A DNA stretch of 64,000 nt from a virus. Below, piece after piece: positions 35,243 through 46,900 of the stretch. A program made the position numbers and the translations under genes. How positions within the stretch are numbered: the stretch's first letter is position 1; each line of letters starts with the position of its first letter. The notes under the pieces are model-generated. The model did not search any database and was not told the origin of the DNA. It saw nothing but the letters and a program-made list of their open reading frames with translations. The DNA lies in IMG/VR virus record IMGVR_UViG_3300031521_000009; one strand, given 5' to 3'.

Positions 35243-35614
35243 ATGTCAACACTAGACGAAAAAGCAAAAGAAAATCAATATCCATACAATTATCCTAAAT
35301 TTGGAATGTGGGCTGTTGAAATAACAGAATATATAAGTCGTAATTGGTTTAAAAAAGGTTATGAGTTATGCAAAAAGGAATTTGAAGATAAGCTTCAATG
35401 GATTTCAGTTGATGAAAAAGAACCTGAATGTACTATTGAAGATGAAGGCATTTATTGGTCGGAATATCTTGAAATAAAAGTCAAAGGTTATAATCATCCT
35501 TTCATTGGTTATTATGTAAAAGCAAATGACGATCAGTTCTTTGATTTTATTCATAAAACAGTTGATGAAGGAATTAAACAAGAAGATATTACTCATTATC
35601 GTTTCATACCTTAA
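35243..35614 (+). CDS. DUF551-like protein
   Basis: WISVDEKEP...ITHYRFIP. Confidence 0.7.
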   Translation: MSTLDEKAKENQYPYNYPKFGMWAVEITEYISRNWFKKGYELCKKEFEDKLQWISVDEKEPECTIEDEGIYWSEYLEIKVKGYNHPFIGYYVKANDDQFFDFIHKTVDEGIKQEDITHYRFIP

Positions 35615-35652
35615 AAATATAAATTTGTATATAATAATTCTATCTTTTTATA

Positions 35653-35799
35653 TACATTTGTACGTGTTATTTAAAAAGTGAGATTTTTGCAATTTTAGTT
35701 AGATTTTTTATACGTCAAAGAGACAGAATGCTGTGAAGTATGTAAAGCTCAAAAAGAAAGCCATCTTTCCTATTCGTAGGTTAGATGGCTTATTTTTTT
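35653..35799 (+). ncRNA. Candidate sRNA (about 130 nt) between convergent blocks
   Basis: TACATTTG promoter, U-rich body, ATGCT-GTGA-AGTAT hairpin, ends in terminator. Confidence 0.45.
35751..35799. terminator. Bidirectional terminator at the block convergence
   Basis: AAGCCATCT-TT-CCTA-TTCG-TAGG-TT-AGATGGCTT flanked by A and T runs. Confidence 0.85.
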
Positions 35800-38700
35800 A
35801 ATTCAATTTTTCAAGATCGTCAACTTCTTTTTGTAATCGCTTAGCTCGTTTATCAGCAACTTCTTGATAGTGTTCTTTCAGTTCCTGAGCATTCATATCA
35901 TTTATTTTCTTACGTGCTGTCCAGTCTTGAAGCATGTTGTCATTATCTCCTAATAACTCCATAAACCATATAGCATCATATACTGGTCCAGTATAAGCAA
36001 ATAAACGCGTCCACTTCTTTTGTCCTGTCATAAGCCCCATGATGTTGTCTATAAGGCCTGACATTGGAACAATATTACTCTTTATGGAGTCATAGTTCGA
36101 ATAAGAAAGAAGTTCGCTATAAAGCCATGAAAGTTTGTCCTTATCTCTGTCACTCATTCCATTTGCTGCAAGCATGTTTATACCTACTAAAATAGAAGTA
36201 AAGAAAGTAGCACTAATCATTGACCGGGCAAGATTGTATTTTGTCATTGGGTCCATCTCTTCCAAATCAGAAAACTTCATATCCTTAGTACGAACAACTT
36301 TTACTACATCAGAAAGATAGTTCCACATAGAAGCAAGTGTTCCCTCTATCATAATTTGTTTCTTGATAGTTTCCCATTCATTATTTTCATTCAGTTCTGC
36401 AGTAACGTCGGCACCATAAGATGTCATTCTTCTACTACCAACTAAATTGAATATCTTCCCTGGCAAGAAAGTACGGAACTGAGTAAAGATACGACCCGAG
36501 AATGTATTCCCTAAAAGCATCTTTTGATATTCATCCATAGCACCAATAATATACTTGTCAGCATACCATTTGAAACGAGTGTTTACTTCTTCAAAATCAT
36601 AACCCACTTCCATATTTTCAGTATCTTTTATGATACCTTGGTCAATCATCTGTTTTGTCTTTCTATCCCAGATAGCTTGTTCTTTACCACTGATCATTTT
36701 ACCCTCTTTATCAAAGTAACGAGTATCTTTCAACTTATCATATTTCAATGTATCAGTTGTCTTATCATAGGTATGAGCTTCATAAGAACCATCATGTATC
36801 ATAAATCCGACCATGGTAGTTAGTCTGGCCGCGATATCAGAATAGTAATTACCAATATGTGCCAGTTGTGATTGGAAAACGTTCTTATCAATATTTGTTG
36901 TAAAAAATGACTCAATAGCTTCCATCTCACTACCATTTACTAAACCAAACTTCTTACCTAGCGCCATAACTTTTTTATGGTTCATAGCAAGTTCAAGATT
37001 TGCTTTAGTCATATCTTCTGGAGTAGGAAAGTTCAATCGTTTATTTTCATCAGTAAACATATTAGCAGCCTTAGTAGACAATGCTTCTATGATTTGTGAC
37101 TGAGTATTGAAATAAGCTGAACGTACCCATACAAGTGGACGATAACCAAGAGCCATGAAAGAATAAGCATTAGTGATATTCTTTACAATAGCTGCAGTCT
37201 TATCAGTAGGATCATCTTGTGACTTTCCTTTGATAATTCTGTCAGAATATTCTTTCAAAAATTCATTAGTATATTTCGTTTGAATGTTATACTCTTCTTT
37301 TAATATCTGATTCCATTGAATAGCTTTATTCATGGCAGGGATCATTCTATTCTCAATCTCAATAGTACGAATGCTATCATCTACAAACATGCTAAATACA
37401 TATTCTAAGTTCATAGTCTTTTTACCATAGAATTTCAAATCACCTTTGTATCTATTAGGTGTAGTACTGTCTGTTGGCATAAGTCCCATACGTATCATCT
37501 GTTGCTGTATAGACTGCTGAGATCGAAACCGTGAGTTCATATGTTGATAATTATCTGAAATCAAATCATTATCAATAGTCACATCTTCTATTCCGGACAT
37601 AAACTCAGAAATAGCTATTTGATCCCACCCTTTACGAACCATCTCTTTGTATTTCTTGTCGCGGAATAACTCTTGTTTAGTCTTTTCCAAAACAGGAATA
37701 TGCCCTGGAACCATTTTACTCAATAACTCATTACGCAACTCTTCTTCTTTCTTTGGCGTTGACCGGCGCGAGTTATCATGCATTGCATTGGCAAGGTAAC
37801 GTTCTTTTACTGTTTCAAGAATAAGGTCGGCCAGAGCAATATCTTCTGTAGTAAGTCCGGCTTTCTTAGCTTCTTCGACATTGTAAGATCCATACAATTG
37901 ATTATTGAGAATGATAGGAACAATATCACCTTTCTTATTCTTATCACTATCCTCAGTAAGCAATAACTCTCCTTTCTTGAATAAGTGACCAAATACTTTC
38001 TCGGGTTGATTACCGAGGATGTTTAATGACATACCACGCGATTCAAGTGATTTTGTCAGTGCATCATTAAACTTTGCTTTATAGTCATTCAATTGATTGA
38101 CAATAATAGATTTTGTTGCTTCGGCTTCTACAGAATAGTATTGAAGGATATCAGATTTAATATTGTGGATATTAGTAAACTTCAACCAAGTCTTATTGAT
38201 ATCTTTTACTTGTCCGTTATTGATACCTACACCTTGTTTGAACCATACAAGATACTGAGTAATCAATTTGTGTTCCGGATTGTTTATCCAATTCTTGTCT
38301 TTTATCTCTATTGCCCGGGCACGATCGCTAAGTAGTTTGAAATGTTCATAACTGTTGAAGTTATCAGTCATAGCATTTTTCTGTACTTCATCCATATTCA
38401 ATGATTGATAGTAAGCAGCATAATACGTTTCTAGCTTATCTCTCCAACTCTGGTATATACTATCCTCATTCCATGCTTTATCATCGCTTAAAAGCTCTTG
38501 AAACCATTTATACGATAATGATTTTTCATCCATGACAGCTTGTACTGATGGAAGAGTAAATAAATCTCTACCATTGGCCATTGCTTGATGAAGAGTAGAA
38601 AGCATACGTGGTTGAATAGAAGTACCATTAAAACCAATAACACCATAGCGACGTAAGGTAAGTTTCTTATTATTCTCTTGAGCAAGTTTATTCATGCCGG

Positions 38701-40975
38701 CAATAGTCACTCCGAGTAATACTTGTCGTATATCTCCCTGACTATTGCTCATATTAAACTTACGACCTTTTTCTGATTTGTCATTACCTAAGTTTGAAGC
38801 AAGTGATTTCTTATGTGAATCCATAAGGTTATCTTGAAACCCAAGAACGGAACCGGTTAAGTCAATAAGTGATACATCAACTTTGCTGTCAGACATAGTA
38901 TGTACTATCACAATAGGATTAAAACCAACAATAGCATCATTGTATAATGGTGCCAGCGCTTGTACGTTTGTCATATCCCGATAGTTCATAACAGTAGTCA
39001 TAGGTTCGTTTATACCAAGCAATTTAATAGAACGAACAATGTTCTCAACTACTGTATCAGAGAAACCATATTCAGAGAAAGTATCTTGAATAAGTGTTTC
39101 AAGTGGAACAGAAGTATCTGAGATATGCTTATTAAGTATTTCGACAATATTGTTGTTGAATGAGTTCATCATCTGCTGACGACGTACTAGCATTTCATTC
39201 TTTATACTGGCCATAACTTCATTGTCCGGCATACTATTAGGATAACTATACATCTTACCATAGTCAACATAGATACGATCCTTATCTCTTTGCCAAAGGT
39301 TCGCAAATATGTTTTCAACCATCTTTTCTTTTGCTTCCGGATTTTCAAAGTTAAGTTGTCCGTACTCTTCATTGTTGATAAGGAATGGAACTACCTCAGC
39401 GACATTCTCAATAGGCTTAAATCCTATATCAGCTTCATAGAAACCATCACTATAATAGTTCTTCAATAACTGTTCTACCTCTACCGGCCCAAAATCAATA
39501 ATCTTTCTACCATTAAGAATATCTTCTGTCAATGCATTGAAAATGTCATTCAATGTACCTTTCTCAAAGTTTACATTATCAAGTGCTGAGTTAGCAGTTA
39601 TTTTACCAGATACTAGATTACCTATTGAAGAGAATAAGCTACTGACAATATCATATACTTTTCTGAATATATCTTTTGATCGAATAGAAGATACATAGCG
39701 ATTGTTACGAGCAAGAAACTTGTTTACTTCTTTCTGTGAAGTCATACCACTTACTGCAGCAGCATATTCATAGAGTTGATGAACCTCGTCAAGCTGCCAA
39801 TACTTTTTGCGTATCGAGTCCATGATTTCTTTATTGTCTGCAATTGAATCACGTACTTTACTCATAAACTGATTGTACTTATATCCATCAGTCATTTCAA
39901 GAACGTGAATCCATACGTGTGTAAGCTCATGAATAGGAGTATCAACATTCATTGATTGAGTATTCAAGTGTATTCCGGTAGCATCTACCCACGCGCGATC
40001 AGTAGCATGTTCGGTATTACGTGTTGTCTCAAAACTTTCAACTTGTATTTTAAATCCCGGTACCGCTTTCTCCAATGAATGAATAAACGAATTAGTCTTT
40101 TCTGCTGTTGCAATAAACTCTTTACGTAGCTTGTAGTCTTTAATACCTTCCGTTTCTGCCACTTTCTCCCCTATCTGAATAGATTTACCCGACTTAGTGA
40201 TAATGTTGTCATTTTCGTCAAGTATGTAATCATTTTCTGATATAGTATTCTTAGCAACAAATTTTTTGAATCCAGTAATATCTAATTCAGAACCTAATTG
40301 ATATACATCATTCTTAGTATATATAGATAAAACTTGATTACCCGCATCTAATCCAACAACAGTATCACTATTATCAATTAATTTATCAATATCTATATTT
40401 TTATTTACCCATAAATTTTCTCTTTCAGTTTCTCTTCCGCTTTTATCTATAAGTTCAGCATCTAATTCAATATTGTATTTCCTTAAATCAAGTACATTGT
40501 TTGAATTTATGATAAATGGTTTTACATTTTTACCAAATACTTTAGCATAATTTTCATCCGGTGTAAAGTATTTCCCATTTTTATTATTTTCGTTTTCACC
40601 TCTAAATAATATTTCTTTGTTTTTGCTATCAGGGAATATACTTTCAATATATTTTGAATATTGTTGCTTAGTTCCAATAGTACTAAGTTTATCATTATCA
40701 TTAAATAATTGATCAACTCCATTTTTAATCTTAGTTGTATCTTGACCACTGAGAACAGAAAACTTTTCAGTAAACATATTCGCGCGATACTTCACTGCTT
40801 TATCTACACCATAGCGTTCCACTAACTGCTGGTATATTAAAGATGGATTCCCATCAGCCGTTAAGCTGACAGGATTACCATTGTTCTTTGCATAGATAGT
40901 ATGTGCTTTACCATCTCCGACGATTGCTGATAAGGCTTTGTATTCCTTATCATTTTTGTTAGGACATTTACTCAT
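35798..40975 (-). CDS. Large virion cargo/polyvalent protein (ART-like and zincin domains)
   Basis: crAss-type N-terminus CPNKNDKEYKAL; IGTKQQYSKYIESIFPDSK..LFRG..KYFT; TPIHELTHVW. Confidence 0.8.
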   Translation of the reverse strand: MSKCPNKNDKEYKALSAIVGDGKAHTIYAKNNGNPVSLTADGNPSLIYQQLVERYGVDKAVKYRANMFTEKFSVLSGQDTTKIKNGVDQLFNDNDKLSTIGTKQQYSKYIESIFPDSKNKEILFRGENENNKNGKYFTPDENYAKVFGKNVKPFIINSNNVLDLRKYNIELDAELIDKSGRETERENLWVNKNIDIDKLIDNSDTVVGLDAGNQVLSIYTKNDVYQLGSELDITGFKKFVAKNTISENDYILDENDNIITKSGKSIQIGEKVAETEGIKDYKLRKEFIATAEKTNSFIHSLEKAVPGFKIQVESFETTRNTEHATDRAWVDATGIHLNTQSMNVDTPIHELTHVWIHVLEMTDGYKYNQFMSKVRDSIADNKEIMDSIRKKYWQLDEVHQLYEYAAAVSGMTSQKEVNKFLARNNRYVSSIRSKDIFRKVYDIVSSLFSSIGNLVSGKITANSALDNVNFEKGTLNDIFNALTEDILNGRKIIDFGPVEVEQLLKNYYSDGFYEADIGFKPIENVAEVVPFLINNEEYGQLNFENPEAKEKMVENIFANLWQRDKDRIYVDYGKMYSYPNSMPDNEVMASIKNEMLVRRQQMMNSFNNNIVEILNKHISDTSVPLETLIQDTFSEYGFSDTVVENIVRSIKLLGINEPMTTVMNYRDMTNVQALAPLYNDAIVGFNPIVIVHTMSDSKVDVSLIDLTGSVLGFQDNLMDSHKKSLASNLGNDKSEKGRKFNMSNSQGDIRQVLLGVTIAGMNKLAQENNKKLTLRRYGVIGFNGTSIQPRMLSTLHQAMANGRDLFTLPSVQAVMDEKSLSYKWFQELLSDDKAWNEDSIYQSWRDKLETYYAAYYQSLNMDEVQKNAMTDNFNSYEHFKLLSDRARAIEIKDKNWINNPEHKLITQYLVWFKQGVGINNGQVKDINKTWLKFTNIHNIKSDILQYYSVEAEATKSIIVNQLNDYKAKFNDALTKSLESRGMSLNILGNQPEKVFGHLFKKGELLLTEDSDKNKKGDIVPIILNNQLYGSYNVEEAKKAGLTTEDIALADLILETVKERYLANAMHDNSRRSTPKKEEELRNELLSKMVPGHIPVLEKTKQELFRDKKYKEMVRKGWDQIAISEFMSGIEDVTIDNDLISDNYQHMNSRFRSQQSIQQQMIRMGLMPTDSTTPNRYKGDLKFYGKKTMNLEYVFSMFVDDSIRTIEIENRMIPAMNKAIQWNQILKEEYNIQTKYTNEFLKEYSDRIIKGKSQDDPTDKTAAIVKNITNAYSFMALGYRPLVWVRSAYFNTQSQIIEALSTKAANMFTDENKRLNFPTPEDMTKANLELAMNHKKVMALGKKFGLVNGSEMEAIESFFTTNIDKNVFQSQLAHIGNYYSDIAARLTTMVGFMIHDGSYEAHTYDKTTDTLKYDKLKDTRYFDKEGKMISGKEQAIWDRKTKQMIDQGIIKDTENMEVGYDFEEVNTRFKWYADKYIIGAMDEYQKMLLGNTFSGRIFTQFRTFLPGKIFNLVGSRRMTSYGADVTAELNENNEWETIKKQIMIEGTLASMWNYLSDVVKVVRTKDMKFSDLEEMDPMTKYNLARSMISATFFTSILVGINMLAANGMSDRDKDKLSWLYSELLSYSNYDSIKSNIVPMSGLIDNIMGLMTGQKKWTRLFAYTGPVYDAIWFMELLGDNDNMLQDWTARKKINDMNAQELKEHYQEVADKRAKRLQKEVDDLEKLN

Positions 40976-40983
40976 AGAATTGA

Positions 40984-43900
40984 TTATTTACATTTATTTT
41001 TTTCATCATTATTATCTGACTCATTATCTTGTGCCGGAGTACCAATAGCGGGTTCACCTTCTGCAACTTCTTTCTTGCTATCTTTCTTTGCTATCTCACT
41101 ATCGAATAGTTCAAGTGATCCTTCCAATGTATTCAACATTTCAGAACGTTTGCTTTCTGTTGCTTTCATCTCAGCACGTACTGCCGGATTAATCATTTCA
41201 ACAATAGCACTACGAGCAACCTTTCCATAAGTAGTAATCCCTACTGACATATCTTCAACTTCTTTATTGAAAGTAGTTTTCTGATTAGCTAAGAAATCAG
41301 TTGATGAAATCTTACTAGTAAGTTGTTCCACCATGTTCTTTCCTTGACTACTGATATAAGCCAATGCACGTGCTTGTACTAATGCTTTTACTATCAATGA
41401 TTGTTTGAAATTGAGTTGTGCCATAGCAATCTTTATTTGCTTAATCTCATTGGCATTCTTCTCAGTTTCCACAACTTGAACATCATCAACTAAATTACGA
41501 ATATATTTATTGATTTTGTTTCTTCTGTGTTCTTCATTTTGATAGTTCTTCAAGTCCCAAGGAAAGTTCTTTGTCTTTTCTCCGATAGTACTTAATACTT
41601 TGTATTTGTAAGCATCAAGAACCTCATTGATAGAATTGAATTTGTTCTTATTGTCAAAAATTGATATACGAGTTTCAACACCATCATTTGTAAGAGTATT
41701 TATGTTCAACTGACTTAAGAACATATTCCCTTTTACTTTGTATTCCATTGGTTTTGTAACTTCATTCTCAGTAAGTGAAGTAGCATTCGGATCAAAAATA
41801 GAATGTTGTAATGTTCCCTCCTTAAGTTGAATCCTATTGTTACGTTTCTGAGTATCCATTTCCTTTTGTTCCATACGATAAGTGATATCTGAATCGTTAG
41901 CAAGACGATATTCAAAATTAGTTCCTTTTACTTTAATAACACGTATTAATTTTCCACTTCTTGTATATAGAAATTGTCCTTCCGATACCCATGCACGTGA
42001 ACCTTGATGTAATATCAAATCATTATTATCCCGATTAGCAAGACTAAGATTGTATTCTTCTTCCGGTGTAGTCTGAAATGAGCGTAATTCAGAAGTCATA
42101 TTCTCTCCGGCCATAGTAGACATACCTAAAGAAGTAATGTTTCCAAATACTTCATAAGCATTGTTATCATTCAGTTTTAAATTTATTCTATGTCCGGTGT
42201 TTACTTTCTCACCATCTATAGTTTTTGTCTCAAACTGATAAGCATACTTAGGACTATTTTCATTTACTACTGCTTTTGGACTTAGATATTGTGCAAACTC
42301 AGGTTGTAATCCAAGATAGTCATAGATACGCTCACGAATGTCTGAATTGAATGTAACGGACTTTCTGTACTTATTTGGTACAAGACTATCAAGACCAAGA
42401 GAAGAGCGCAATTCGGCGTATGTATCGTTATACACTTTGCTTATTGGTCCTTTGTAGAAATCTACACCTATCACTTGAAGTAAACCACCTTGACGATATG
42501 ACATTCTATTGGCAATAATCTCATAGTTGATAAGCATTTCTTTATATTCTTTTGGAAGAGAATTAAAGTAGTCTTTCAACTGAGCAACGCGCTGTTCTGT
42601 CATTTCTTTAGTATTGACATCAAGTAATAATTTCACATCAAACTTACCACCAATAGTAAATAGTTTGATAAGAGGATTAACTGCAAATCTTATCCATTCT
42701 TCTGCCGGCAACTCACTTTGTACTGTCTTATTCAAATAATCAATATTATCAGAATGCTCAACAATATCCATCATAAATTGAGGAAAGTTCTTTACAAATG
42801 ATTGTCTATCAAAAAGACTTGATAAATCCAAGTTCTGTGATGGGTTTTCATAAGTATTACCAACAGCTTGATAGATATACTGACCTTTCATGATAGCACT
42901 TTCTCCAATGGTAGCATAGTACTTGTCAAGCATAATATCGTTTATCGCGGTACTTACTGCAGCGACTTCACCACCGAAGTTCAGTGTTGTTCTATTCTGT
43001 AATTTCAAGAATGATTTTACAACATCTTTTTCAATAGCTTCATTATCGGCCATAAATGACTGTTTAGTGATAAGTTCTTGACGATACAGTTCTTGCAAGA
43101 TATAATCAATCTGAGGTAAGTTCTTGATAAGTTTACCCATATTAATTTCATTAGCTACCAATTGTTCTTGGGAGAACATAAAAGCTTTTTTCTTTTCATC
43201 TTGTTCTTTATTGTAAGCATCATTGTTTATGGTATAGTAAGCCATATGTTTAGCAACATTCATATCACTTGCCGGATTAGAATTGTATTCTTGCAATGAC
43301 ATACCAATAGTTTGTTGTACGGTATTAATCATTGTTCTGAAATCCTTATCCAATGAAGGAATACCATTACGCATTCCCATGATAGTAGAAAGACGATACA
43401 AAGCATCTGCGGTAACACTAAGCTTAGGAACCATTTTCATGTAACGTAAACCTTGTATGTCGGTCCTGGCAATATTTATGTTTGCACGAGAACGCACCAT
43501 TAGTTTTAATTCATTAGCAACTTCTGTAGAAATGCTATCCAAGTCTTTAATATCAAAATTCGATACATCAGTTTTATCAAAAACAATTTTATTGTTCTTA
43601 TAAGTAAATAGGTTTTCATCATCAAATCCATTATCTTTTTTCCATTGTTGAAGTAATTGTTCTTTATCTGATCCAGTAAAGTCATAAGGACTATTTTTGA
43701 ATGCTTCTTTATTGTTTTTATAATATGAAGTAAGTTCTTTCATTAGAAGATCATCAATAGACTGTTGTAATAATACATCAGTTGTTTCAAGTTCTAATGA
43801 ATACTTTTCTGTATCATGAACATTACTTTTCCATGATAGTCCTTTTGATTCTAACCATTGAGATACATTGGTATTATTGAAATGTTCAATACGAGAAGCT

Positions 43901-46900
43901 ATTTTATCCACTTCTGTTGAGGCCATCTTCCAAAGATTGAAGTCAGCACTCTTAGTCATTATAGAAGTCTTACCAGAGTAAGTATGGAATAGATTACGTA
44001 TATTCTTGTTATTAAAGAAATCATACACTTCACTATTATTCATACCATTCAATTTCAGTACTGCAAGAATATTGATACCAACCGGACTAATTGCGTAGTT
44101 CGCGAATGTATTGTTCTTGGCATTATCCAATGCTCCTTGTCCCCATGTTCCTAGTTCAATAACAAAACCATTCAGACCGGTCTTGATTTTACCTTTAGGT
44201 GCATTCTCATTGATAAAGTTTTGTATTCCAGAATGGGTACCAGTTTCTACAAACTTATTTACTGAGCTTGAAATAATAATGGACGATACTGTCAATGAAT
44301 TAGCAAGAATACCAATAGCATCAGCACCGGCTTTATTTCTTGAATACGATTCATAGATAGAACGAATAGAGTTGTTCTGTAAATTATCTACTAATTTTTC
44401 TTTCTGTTTCATCACTTCATTAATCTTATCTAATGAAGAGGTAAGGAATAAAGACTCTTGATTGCCACTATGAAGCGTAATAGTGTTACGTAAGGCATTC
44501 ATTTTGTTTCTATGACCATCTGCACCTTTTTGAATAATATGGCCTTTAGAATCAAGAGAATTAGAATACATTGTCAATGCATCAATATCATAATCGGAGT
44601 CATTACGTAATGTCATACCCGTTGGGATATAAACCACGTTACCACCATTATGAAACATTGCTGTTTTGAACACACCACCCGATCCTAAGAACGTTGCCGG
44701 AACACGTGATAAGAATGAAGTATTTGATTCTTCAAAATCTTTCAATAATTGTTGTGCTTCAGTAAGAATTTGTTCGAGTATTTCACCACTACCCATTAAT
44801 GCAGCAATTACTTTGTCTGGATTAGCCAGGTCAGTAGATTGCAGTTCCATTGAATTGATAGCTTCTAAGATTGATTCATTAGTAGCATTTACTTCTGATT
44901 GTAATTCCTCAGTAGTCATTTCTCTAGTACTATCAATCAAGTTAGCAATACGTTTACTGATAAAACGCTTTCCATCATTATCAACAGAAGGATTTATAAG
45001 TTCATCAACATACGTTTCTATTTTCAAGTTTTTGATAGCTTTACGTATCATTGGTGAGTCTACAAATGCACTCCATTGATTCAATGACATATCAGCATCC
45101 TCAGATAGACCGGCCATTAATTTATCATATAAATTAGAACTGTCCAATGCAATTCTTTCAGTACCCAAATTGATATGTTGAATGTCTATCAATGATTCAT
45201 TACTTCTATGACCATATACTTTAGCATATACATTTGGCATGGAGATATGACCAACAGTAGTTTTACCATTTACGATATTCATATCTTGTAATCGTTGCAT
45301 AGTAAATCCTGCAGCAGCGAGTTCTTGATTCATAGCATCACTATTATATTCATCAAATGAATAGTCACGATAATTTGTACCGGGTCTTAATTCATTAATA
45401 GCATCATTACGAGAATATATCTTACCATCACGTACAAACTCTTCTAAGTACTCTCCAACAGTTTGTGTAAGACGAATACCTTTTGTTCTTGCTTGAATAG
45501 ATTGATTGGCCATGTTACGGTATGACTGTAGTACTTTAGAACGCATCATAGGCAATTGCATAGAAACATCCATATCACTGAATAATTCAATGAATGCCAT
45601 ATCTTGTCCAGAAGTACGCAAGCTATTTACTACACGATCACGCATAAAGTCCATCAATTGTTTTATTGCTGGATCAATTTCTGATTTTTGTTGTTCGGTA
45701 AGTGTAGAAACATCATACTTAGACCAATCAATATTTTTGAATTGTTTTGCAGCTTCTACTTCTCCATACTTAGATATTGATTCTTCAAGTTCTTTACGTA
45801 ATGCTGTTTGAAGTCCTTGTTTGTTCTCCATATAAGCACTGTAAAGACTTGATATCTCAGGATTATTACTAACACCTAAACCGGTAGCATCTTGTTGTGA
45901 TGGTGCTGCCTGCAGTTTTGCATTGATATCAGTATCTTGTGATGGATTCATTACTATCTTAGTCTTGGTATTATCCACAACATCCATGTTTAATGGCTGA
46001 CTGTAATCAACGTCATTTAAGGCATCGTAAGTATTGACTGAGGTAACTGAACCTTTCTGTGTAGATACTGGCGCCATGAAAGCCACAATGCTATTGTACA
46101 TGTGTCCGGCACGTTCTATACCATCAGGATTAATAGTTATTCTATCTTGATAGTATTGTTGGTTATCTATCCAGTTCATCATATCTACAATGATGTCATT
46201 AAACTCTTTTTGATTGTTTTTATCATCATACAATTCTTTGAACTTATCAGTAAATGAAAGTTTGTTTTCATTAAATGATTCTTCACCAACCCTAGCAACT
46301 AACTGACGATCTGTTTCAGCAAGCATACGCATAAACATATTTCGGTAGTAGGTATGTTGCATATCAAAACCAGTAATGACTTTATCCCCACGTTTAATCT
46401 GTGAGTAAGTACCATCAGCTCTTCGAAAGTTAGTAAGACCTTTATACATGGAAGCATTACCAATTACTGTTTTAGTACCACCAATAGAGTTTAAGGTCTG
46501 CAAGTAATGGAATGGATTAATAGTTATCTGACCATCTTCCGGTTTCATCATATTACCATTATTTGCCAATACTTTTTGACCATCAATTTCTTGATAAGTA
46601 TTACCACCATCAACCATATTATCCCTATAGAATACAATAGGACTTTCTGTAGTCAATGTAGGTGTATGTAATTGATATCTTACATTATTCTGTACAACTT
46701 CTTTCGTTCCTTGGGTAAGTACACTTTGTGCCGGTGTATGAATAGGACCATTACGTTTTACCTTATCAAGATAGTTCTTGAAAGAGAATGGATTCAATGA
46801 AAAATCATCAATATGATTATTGGCAAACATAGTAGCCATATAGAAACCAAACATAGGTTGATTAAAACGTATCTCTGATTTTTCAAGTTGTTGATAATAC

